DNA of 64,000 nucleotides from Chlamydiales bacterium (GTDB lineage Bacteria; Chlamydiota; Chlamydiia; Chlamydiales; VFKH01): NCBI GenBank assembly GCA_031292375.1, contig JARLHF010000021.1, positions 1,785 to 65,784 of the forward strand, read 5' to 3'. Shown piece by piece: positions 57,477 to 64,000 of this stretch (position 1 is its first letter; each line of letters starts with the position of its first letter). The notes under the pieces were generated by a model. It saw only the letters and a program-made list of their open reading frames with translations, ran no database searches and was not told where the DNA came from. The position numbers and the translations under genes were made by a program.

Positions 57477-58762
57477 GATAGCCTTTCATTGATAAGAAAC
57501 AAGGGTTGCCACTTAGGATAAACTTCTGGACCAAGAAGAGTTAATAATACGCCTACACAACCATCTAACAACCCTATTTTTTCACGTTCTTGAGGTTCTG
57601 TATTAGATGTGGTAAGCTCCAGATCCCAAAATCCAATCGGTCTATCTTCCTTATAGGTGTCTAAAAGATGCGATTTCAAAAATTCTACTCTTTGCTTTAA
57701 TTGAAAAGAACGAGAATCTATAGCCATTAAATCTGTTAATGTTAAGAGACCTGCGATACCGTGGCAAAAGGTGGGGCTTTTTGGAACATCACTCATTGAT
57801 TCAAAAGCAGCTATTGCCTCTTCTTGTATTGTTTTGGAGTCAATTGCTTTCCCGCATAAATATAAACTTCTTGCAACGCCAGCTGTCCCATAGCACCAAG
57901 CATTCATTGTGCCTGTTTTGGTTTTCGAATGAGTGATTTCTTCTTGAAAGGATATACGATCAGGCCATGAAATGGAGCCGTTTTTTACAATTTTTTTACT
58001 TAAAAGCCAGTTTGAAAAATACTTTAAGGCATATTCTTGGTCTTTTACAGAAATGCCATTTAATTTTGCTATGGATAATAAAGCCATAACCCCTGCAATG
58101 CCGTGAGCCATCCCTAAATTAAAATTGCCAAATGGAAATGTTATTTTATCCTGGTCAATGAATTGGTAATAGCTTGGATGATACCAAGCAGGTATCTTGT
58201 GGCCTCCAATTTCAATGTGTGTTGCTAACTTAACAAGGGAAGACAGAATTTTTGTAAGAAGATTGTAAATGTCTTCGTTGTCAATGGCTTTTAGGCAATA
58301 AATTCCAATACCAGATAAGCCAGAAATAATTTCCCATAACTCTGGATGGATAGGTAATCCTAGAGTAACTTTTTCTTCTATCTGGTTAAAGTAGCTTTTG
58401 GAAATCTGGTTAATTAAGTATGTATGAAGGGTTTGAATAAATTTTTGATAACGTGTTTTATTTCTTGAGGCAGCATCTATTGCAAAACATATGCCAGAAA
58501 GTCCGCTGAATAAGGAGAGGTTTGATAATCCTTGCATCTCAATAGATTCTTTAATTTTAATAATATTTGTGTGGGCAGCTTTATCCCAGCCTTCGTCTGG
58601 AAAAAGTTCGTCTAGGCAGGCAAACAATAAAACAAGTGAGGGATATCCATGAGAGAGAGAGAGGGGAAATGCTAATAAATTAGCCTCTGTCAAATTGTTT
58701 GTGTGATATAAGTTTCTTGCAATATGTTTTACAAGAGCTGTGCAAGATGTGCCTACAATCAT
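57473..58762 (-). CDS. lanC: lanthipeptide cyclase LanC (canonical catalytic residues present)
   Basis: 429 aa. Repeated GxxG toroid motifs. LGMAHGIAG (His220), NAWCYGTAG (Cys290), TFCHGIAG (Cys333-His334), equivalent to NisC His212/Cys284/Cys330-His331. Confidence 0.9.
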   Translation of the reverse strand: MIVGTSCTALVKHIARNLYHTNNLTEANLLAFPLSLSHGYPSLVLLFACLDELFPDEGWDKAAHTNIIKIKESIEMQGLSNLSLFSGLSGICFAIDAASRNKTRYQKFIQTLHTYLINQISKSYFNQIEEKVTLGLPIHPELWEIISGLSGIGIYCLKAIDNEDIYNLLTKILSSLVKLATHIEIGGHKIPAWYHPSYYQFIDQDKITFPFGNFNLGMAHGIAGVMALLSIAKLNGISVKDQEYALKYFSNWLLSKKIVKNGSISWPDRISFQEEITHSKTKTGTMNAWCYGTAGVARSLYLCGKAIDSKTIQEEAIAAFESMSDVPKSPTFCHGIAGLLTLTDLMAIDSRSFQLKQRVEFLKSHLLDTYKEDRPIGFWDLELTTSNTEPQEREKIGLLDGCVGVLLTLLGPEVYPKWQPLFLINERLS

Positions 58763-58799
58763 GAAGTTACCAAACTATAGAAAAAAAGTGTTCTAATGT

Positions 58800-60101
58800 T
58801 TATACAAGCAAGAAAGCTCGGTCCCATAAAGTGTCCTTGTGTTCGGTGAGGAGTAATGAGAGGGCAATGCCTACTGCACCTGTAAAGAGTCCTGGATCGT
58901 CAATCCAGTGGTAATTCGTGTGATTATCTACATAAACTGATTGGAATCCAAAAGGGCTATGAGGACGATAGAAACTTTTAAGATCATCTTCTAGATTCTT
59001 AACCTGCTTCCATAAAAAAGGGTTTTGTGTTTCTTCAGCCATACGGCAGGTAATGGCTAAAACACCCGCACGACCATTAGAAAATGATGTTCCCATCATA
59101 TTCCATTCTTTTATGGGCTTAGAGAATAATGAGACAAACAATTTTTCCGCATAATCAGTTAGAGAAAAATCTTTTAAAGCCTTTCCTGTTAGATACAAAG
59201 CTCTTGCAACACAAGGTATTCCAGACCACCAGGTGTCATAATTGATTTCAAAGAGTGAGGGACAAGAAGATGTTCTAGCATCTAAAGTGTTGGGAAAAAG
59301 TGTTCCATATTCAGAAGTGCATGCTTGATTTTTTATCCACAGTGCTAGTTTAAGAGCTGTTTCTTGTAAATGTTCTACATGCACTTCTTCCTTTATTGCT
59401 AGAGCTAGTGCAGAAAGGCAGCCTACAATGCCAATAGGGGTATTCATAAAGAAAGCCCCTTCAGGATATTTTATGCGCTCTTCGTCGGCTAAAAGGTCTT
59501 TTGGAGCAATATGCCATGCTGGTTGTGCGTTGGAGCCTTCTTTATTAAAAAAATTGACTAGCCATTTGGTAATGGAGGTTGCAAGCTGCAAAAAAACAGA
59601 GTCATTTTTTCGAAGTAATGCGTAAGCGAGTATTCCAGTAACTCCGGACATTAAGTTGCAAGAATGAAAAGAGGTTGTCTCTGAGGTATTCAAACGCTTA
59701 ATTTCAGCTTCAACATATTCCACAAGTAATTTATCAAGAGTTTCCTGAAGAGATTGATAATATTTGCCCTGATTGGAGCAAAGATACACTGAAAAGCAGA
59801 GCCCTGCAATTCCTGAGAAGAGAGATGTGTCGTTAAAGCCATTCACTTCAGCTTTACGAATAGCCTCATTTAGATAGGTGTGAGAAAGTTTTCTCCACGT
59901 TTCTTGAGGATCAATCTTATCCATAACAGCGTAAAAGCATGCAATACCTGGATAGCCTTCAAAAAAAGCCGTTTCATTCCATAAGTTATTGTGGAACTTA
60001 CCTCTTGTTATGGAGTGTGTTATTGTTTCTTTGACGTTAAGAGGGTTTTGGATTTTTTCTGCTATATCTTTACAGATATGTAAGTAGTGGTGCATAGACA
60101 A
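58800..60101 (-). CDS. LanC-like paralogue lacking the catalytic His and all three Zn ligands (pseudo-cyclase)
   Basis: 433 aa. The same seven Gly-motif repeats are present (LFSGIAGLCF, LMSGVTGILAY, ...LFTGAVGIALS). AHG is replaced by PIG (59438..59430), WCYG by WWSG (59231..59220), and CHG by SNG (59081..59073). Confidence 0.85.
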   Translation of the reverse strand: MSMHHYLHICKDIAEKIQNPLNVKETITHSITRGKFHNNLWNETAFFEGYPGIACFYAVMDKIDPQETWRKLSHTYLNEAIRKAEVNGFNDTSLFSGIAGLCFSVYLCSNQGKYYQSLQETLDKLLVEYVEAEIKRLNTSETTSFHSCNLMSGVTGILAYALLRKNDSVFLQLATSITKWLVNFFNKEGSNAQPAWHIAPKDLLADEERIKYPEGAFFMNTPIGIVGCLSALALAIKEEVHVEHLQETALKLALWIKNQACTSEYGTLFPNTLDARTSSCPSLFEINYDTWWSGIPCVARALYLTGKALKDFSLTDYAEKLFVSLFSKPIKEWNMMGTSFSNGRAGVLAITCRMAEETQNPFLWKQVKNLEDDLKSFYRPHSPFGFQSVYVDNHTNYHWIDDPGLFTGAVGIALSLLLTEHKDTLWDRAFLLV

Positions 60102-60117
60102 TCCTTCTTATAAGGGG

Positions 60118-60146
60118 CTATAGGAGGAGACAAGCCCCTCCTATAG
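60118..60146 (-). terminator. 10-bp-stem hairpin between lanA and the downstream modification genes (candidate attenuator / partial terminator)
   Basis: mRNA sense CUAUAGGAGG-ggcuugucu-CCUCCUAUAG, 9 nt after the lanA stop. No clean U-tract follows. AAGAAGGA RBS and the lanC-like ATG lie 16-45 nt further on. Confidence 0.45.
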
Positions 60147-60155
60147 ATTTAAGTA

Positions 60156-60356
60156 TTAACAACAGAAGCTGTTGTTTGTCCCTGTATTTCCACAACCTGG
60201 TGTACAGAGAGACCTGCTTGTGATGAGTTCATTAACTCCTGGTTTTTCGCCAGGTGCTGCAGTTACTGTGAGATCGAGATCATACTCGTCTATTTCAGTT
60301 TTAGTAGTTTTAAAAAAAATAGGTGACATTGAATTGCGTTCAACTTGCATTAGCAT
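60156..60356 (-). CDS. lanA: class I lanthipeptide precursor LanA (epidermin/nisin-like core)
   Basis: 66 aa. GGAGG (60367..60363) lies 6 nt before ATG 60356. The leader has EYDLDL (an FNLD-box equivalent). The C-terminal 22 aa are ITSRSLCTPGCGNTGTNNSFCC (60224..60159), compared with nisin ITSISLCTPGC... and gallidermin IASKFLCTPGCAKTGSFNSYCC. Confidence 0.9.
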   Translation of the reverse strand: MLMQVERNSMSPIFFKTTKTEIDEYDLDLTVTAAPGEKPGVNELITSRSLCTPGCGNTGTNNSFCC

Positions 60357-60729
60357 TGTAAACCTCCAAAGTTTAATTGATAAAGTCCTGTTAAACTACA
60401 GGACGAGCCGGATTGTATATTAAACTAAGTTTTTTCTACAACCATAATTGTAAATTTAAGTTAAGGCTCATGTTTGGTTTGTATAAAGATGATGAGGTTG
60501 AATGGTTTAGAGTAGTAAATATTTAGGCTGTTTTTGCTTTTTTCTATATGCTACAATGCAAAATGTTCTGCTGATTGGGATACTTTGAGAGCCAGTTTAT
60601 ATCTTACCGACGATATTTTTTATTTTAGGGGATCACAAGGCTAAACGGATAGATTCTTTTTAGAACTAGAACTTTAGGGAGTGAACCCACCTATACTTTT
60701 AGGTTGGTAGATCGGCTTTCAATCCCCTT

Positions 60730-61431
60730 TCAGCGGATTTGTGTTGCTTTTCTGTGAGGTTGTTCTAGGAGATGGATGACCTCTTCCTTTTTTATGAGAT
60801 TTATTTTAGATAGAGTGGAGAGGGTTGAGATAATCTTGTCTATAAAGAAATCTTTGGATGGTAGGTGATTTTTGAGTTTACATAAGAATTCATCGTGCTC
60901 TCTTCTGTTTCGGTAGTTTGGTGCTTTACTCGGCAAGAGGAGATAGTCCATGTTTTCTTTTGTGAAGTCCCACAAGAACGAGGTGTGATGCAGGAGGCGA
61001 TTTTTGCGAATGTACTGCGCGTTGCCCCCGAACTTTTTTTCATGGAATACATAGTCATTTTCACGAAGAGTGAAGTTTTGTGGAAAAACATTTTTATAAA
61101 ACCCTTCCGTCCATTTCATGATAACTTCTGGTTGTAGAGGGATGTTGAGGTGCTCTTTATTTAAAATGAATGTTACAAAGATCGTCTCTTCATCAACAAC
61201 AACTGTTCCTCCTCCGCTAAATCGCTTAATAACAGGAATGGGTTGGGATAGAAGCTTGGTCTGATTGATTAAAAGTTCTGGCTTGCCAGAGATGCCCATA
61301 ACAATTGCGGGTTTTGATCCGTAATTGATGATGCACCAATTTCTAGTATCGGCTCTAAGAAGAGCCTCCTCAATGCAAAGCTGGGAGAAAATAAACTCAT
61401 TATCCAAAATGAGAAGATTAAGTAAAGACAT
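60730..61431 (-). CDS. lplA: lipoate-protein ligase (LplA/LipB-fold, catalytic domain)
   Basis: 233 aa. IKRFSGGGTVVVD and HEKKFGGNAQYI match the LplA RRxSGGGAVxHD and KxxGxAQ motifs. Confidence 0.75.
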   Translation of the reverse strand: MSLLNLLILDNEFIFSQLCIEEALLRADTRNWCIINYGSKPAIVMGISGKPELLINQTKLLSQPIPVIKRFSGGGTVVVDEETIFVTFILNKEHLNIPLQPEVIMKWTEGFYKNVFPQNFTLRENDYVFHEKKFGGNAQYIRKNRLLHHTSFLWDFTKENMDYLLLPSKAPNYRNRREHDEFLCKLKNHLPSKDFFIDKIISTLSTLSKINLIKKEEVIHLLEQPHRKATQIR

Positions 61432-61457
61432 GTAGAAAATTTTAACAAATTATAGCT

Positions 61458-62381
61458 TTACGACGCAAGGCGTACTTGGTTGCGTCCATGTATTTTTGCT
61501 TCATAGAGAGCCTCATCTGCGTCTTGTAATAATAATTCAAGGCGAGGTTTTTCAGGGGCAAGCATAGCAACTCCAGCGGATATAGAGATATGAATAATGC
61601 CTTTTGTGGTGATAAAAGGAGTTTTTGAGACATTTAAGCGGATTTTTTCTGCTACGGTGCTTGCTTGATTTAAAGAAGTGTTAGGCAAGAGAATAGCGAA
61701 TTCTTCACCACCAAAGCGAATAGATAGATCGTAGCTCCTCTGCGTTTTAAGGATGAGCTCTGCAAGTTGCACAAGCACTTCATCTCCAACTAAATGGCCA
61801 TAGAGATCATTGACTTCCTTGAAGTGATCTATGTCGATCATGAGAAGAGAGAGAGGTAGTTTGCCTCTTATGGCTTTATCAATTTCTTTTCTGCCGTGGT
61901 CATAAAGAACATAGCGATTGTAGAAATTAGTAAGAGGATCATGCTCTGCAAGTCTTTTTAGTTTTTGAGAAAATGAAGTAAGCTCAAGTACGATATTTTT
62001 ATGGTGCTCTGCAACCATGATAGCCGCATGAATTGCATGAGGAGAGAGGGGGTGATATAAAAAATTTGTAACACCACCATCGAGTGCTTCCTTTGCAAAT
62101 AGTGGATCATATTCGCGCATAATAAGGAGTATAGGAAGATAAGAAAAGCGCTTGTGAGTTTTAACTTGCTTGCATAGTGTAAATCCCAGAGCTTCTCCAG
62201 GAGCATGGTCGACGATCATAAAATCAATTTTTAGATTGCAAAGGGAATTAAGAGCTTCTTCTGTTGAGGCTACATCGATGATTTTATATGTTTGTTCAAG
62301 TAAGTCTTTAACTTGCTGTTTTATCTCTTGCTCTTTTATTGCAATAAGAAGAGTGGGTAGTGGATCTTGTTCTATCAACAT
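61458..62381 (-). CDS. diguanylate cyclase with degenerate N-terminal receiver domain (REC-GGDEF)
   Basis: 307 aa. GGEEF active site (RFGGEEFAILL) with an RSYD I-site 5 residues upstream. The REC-like N-terminus keeps MIVD but lacks the DD pair (LLIAIKEQE) and the conserved Lys (FLYHPL). Confidence 0.85.
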   Translation of the reverse strand: MLIEQDPLPTLLIAIKEQEIKQQVKDLLEQTYKIIDVASTEEALNSLCNLKIDFMIVDHAPGEALGFTLCKQVKTHKRFSYLPILLIMREYDPLFAKEALDGGVTNFLYHPLSPHAIHAAIMVAEHHKNIVLELTSFSQKLKRLAEHDPLTNFYNRYVLYDHGRKEIDKAIRGKLPLSLLMIDIDHFKEVNDLYGHLVGDEVLVQLAELILKTQRSYDLSIRFGGEEFAILLPNTSLNQASTVAEKIRLNVSKTPFITTKGIIHISISAGVAMLAPEKPRLELLLQDADEALYEAKIHGRNQVRLAS

Positions 62382-62560
62382 ATTTGCCTAAAAACCTGAG
62401 TTTAAAAAACAGGGGTTACTTTTTTTTCTTTAATAACACAAACAAGAGTTCTATGAGATACTTTTTTTGCAAACTTAGGGTTAATACTTGTTTTTATCGG
62501 GAAAGTTTTTTATCATGTTTTTACAGATTATGAAGTTATAATCGTTTCATTGGAGAAAAC

Positions 62561-62650
62561 ATGTCTTCTGTTAAGAAAAAACGTAAGTATAAAATATCAA
62601 AGCATAAGCGTAAGAAGAGAAGCCGAAGAGATAGGCATAAAACACGGTAG
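62561..62650 (+). CDS. 29-aa highly basic protein resembling ribosomal protein bS22 (AURKAIP1/COX24-domain family)
   Basis: MSSVKKKRKYKISKHKRKKRSRRDRHKTR*. GGAGA lies 4 nt upstream. The stop abuts the mnmG ATG (TAGATG). Resembles mycobacterial bS22 [25 protein letters not shown]... (from memory). Below the ORF-track size cutoff. Confidence 0.55.
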   Translation: MSSVKKKRKYKISKHKRKKRSRRDRHKTR

Positions 62651-64000
62651 ATGTGGAAGTTTCCTGTTGTTTATGACGTTATCGTGATCGGTGCGGGGCA
62701 TGCAGGCTGCGAAGCAGCCCTTGCCGCCGCAAGACGAGGCGCTTTGACGCTTATCTTAACCATGAATTTAGATACGATTGGTAAGATGAGCTGCAATCCT
62801 GCAATTGGAGGTATTGCAAAGGGTCATATGGTGCGTGAAATTGACGCACTTGGTGGCGAAATGGGAAAAGCTACGGATGCAAGCGGCATACAGTTTCGTA
62901 TGCTCAATGCAACAAAGGGGCCAGCTGTTTGGGCGCCAAGGGCGCAAGCTGATAAAGCTCTTTATCAGCTTGAAATGAAGCATCGTCTAGAAAAAACACT
63001 CAATTTACATATCAAGCAAGGAACAACAGAGTCTCTAGTTGTAGATAGAGATCATGTTGTAGGTGTCACTACACTAGAGGGTATTGAATACACTGGAAAG
63101 ACAGTTATTATATCTTCTGGCACATTCATGAGAGGTCTTCTTCATATTGGAGAGACGAATTATGCAGGTGGAAGGGCTGGAGATAAGCCTTCTATTGGTT
63201 TGTCTGCAAGTTTAGAGCGTCTTGGATTTACACTTGGTAGATTGAAGACCGGAACGCCTCCAAGAGTCAATAGACGCACAATTGATTTTAGCAAGTGTGA
63301 AGAGCAACCAGGTGATGACAACGTATTTTTCTCCTATGACAACATAGAGAAAAAGCATCCTCTGCCCCAAATATCTTGTTACATCACCTACACGACAGAA
63401 AAAACAAAAGAAATCGTTCAAAATAATATCCACAGATCTCCTATGTATTCTGGAAAGATTGTGGGTATAGGTCCTAGATATTGTCCATCTATAGAAGATA
63501 AAGTGATGCGTTTTTCTGATAAAGAACGCCATCAAGTCTTTCTAGAGCCAGAGGGTCTTACAACAGAAGAAATTTATGTCAATGGAGTCTCATCTTCACT
63601 GCCCTTTGATGTGCAACTAGAGCTTATTCATAGCATCATTGGCTTAGAGAATGCAGAAATTATGCGCTCTGCTTATGCTATCGAATATGATTATGTGACT
63701 AGTGGACAGATTCATTATTCTTTGGAGACAAAAAAAATAGAAGGTCTCTATTTAGCAGGTCAAATCAATGGAACATCAGGGTATGAAGAAGCTGCAGCAC
63801 AAGGCCTGATTGCAGGCATTAATGCTGCTAGTAAAGTACTTGGAAAGGAGCCCTTAATTTTAAAGCGCTCAGAGGCTTATATAGGTGTAATGATCGACGA
63901 TCTTGTAAATAAAGGACTTGATGAGCCCTACCGTATGTTTACAAGTAGGGCAGAGCACAGGTTGCTTCTTCGTCAAGATAATGCGGATTTGCGTCTGCGT
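62651..64000 (+). CDS. mnmG: tRNA uridine 5-carboxymethylaminomethyl modification enzyme MnmG (GidA), 5' 450 codons; runs off the window
   Basis: [30 protein letters not shown]..., [52 protein letters not shown]. Open to position 64000, so it is absent from the ORF track. Confidence 0.95.
   Translation, partial: MWKFPVVYDVIVIGAGHAGCEAALAAARRGALTLILTMNLDTIGKMSCNPAIGGIAKGHMVREIDALGGEMGKATDASGIQFRMLNATKGPAVWAPRAQADKALYQLEMKHRLEKTLNLHIKQGTTESLVVDRDHVVGVTTLEGIEYTGKTVIISSGTFMRGLLHIGETNYAGGRAGDKPSIGLSASLERLGFTLGRLKTGTPPRVNRRTIDFSKCEEQPGDDNVFFSYDNIEKKHPLPQISCYITYTTEKTKEIVQNNIHRSPMYSGKIVGIGPRYCPSIEDKVMRFSDKERHQVFLEPEGLTTEEIYVNGVSSSLPFDVQLELIHSIIGLENAEIMRSAYAIEYDYVTSGQIHYSLETKKIEGLYLAGQINGTSGYEEAAAQGLIAGINAASKVLGKEPLILKRSEAYIGVMIDDLVNKGLDEPYRMFTSRAEHRLLLRQDNADLRLR

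Noticed and set aside
60172-60423. 83-aa plus-strand ORF overlapping lanA.
   Set aside because: It is antisense to the lanA precursor. The minus-strand reading has a strong RBS, an FNLD-like leader and a core that aligns residue by residue with the epidermin family. The plus-strand product has no features.
60420-60729. tRNA or other RNA gene in the 370-bp ORF-free region upstream of lanA, and elsewhere in intergenic gaps.
   Set aside because: No T-loop (GGTTCRANYC) or acceptor-stem symmetry was found by eye here or in any other gap. tRNAscan-SE/Infernal would be needed to be certain.
62441-62462. Additional copy of the TATACACAAAC repeat (aacacaaacaagagttctatgag).
   Set aside because: Only about 11 contiguous matching bases with no partner arm. 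It is too degenerate to annotate as a feature and is mentioned only as a possible decayed copy.

Overview
The window is a gene-dense, low-GC bacterial chromosome segment. By inference only, it comes from an environmental, amoeba-symbiont-type member of the Chlamydiae. The support is gene content and local order: efp-epmA / amn-like / mfd-alaS, hemE-hemY, rnc-radA-hemC-hemD, gspF-gspG followed by divergent pseudopilins, a short HemC, and several proteins with Inc-like bilobed hydrophobic domains. From memory, this order recalls the CT745-CT752 neighbourhood of Chlamydia.

Main content, left to right:
- A Sec-signal Rhs/YD polymorphic toxin with a trailing array of small candidate immunity ORFs.
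- A housekeeping block: HAD hydrolase, epmA, efp, amn-like, mfd, alaS.
- A repeat-rich 1.1-kb gap carrying a MITE-like element.
- A partial type II secretion operon: gspF, gspG and 3-4 pseudopilin-like genes.
- A higA remnant and an AAA_14/DUF4143 ATPase.
- kdpABCD without kdpE.
- A stand-alone condensation-domain protein.
- A tripartite RND efflux system.
- Heme genes, a degenerate Fic protein, rnc and radA.
- An OMP / secreted protein / DUF3419 / ABC exporter group.
- A membrane-anchored Clp-D1-like AAA+ protein.
- lplA, a REC-GGDEF protein, a bS22-like mini-ORF and the 5' part of mnmG.

Headline finding: 53.9-60.4 kb on the minus strand holds a compact class I lanthipeptide operon, lanA - degenerate lanC paralogue - lanC - lanD - lanB.
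- The 22-residue core ITSRSLCTPGCGNTGTNNSFCC combines the nisin N-terminus with the epidermin/gallidermin C-terminus, predicting AviCys formation by LanD.
- One of the two LanC paralogues has lost the catalytic His and all three Zn ligands.
- No LanP, LanT or immunity genes are adjacent.

Secondary findings:
- KdpD carries Gln at the phospho-acceptor position.
- The Fic protein carries Gln at the catalytic His position.
- The pseudopilins lack Gly at -1.
- A conserved palindromic repeat family marks gene ends.
- A MITE-like element full of GC-rich hairpins sits upstream of gspF.

No rRNA, tRNA or CRISPR array was recognised. All calls come from reading the sequence and the ORF track. No database search was run.
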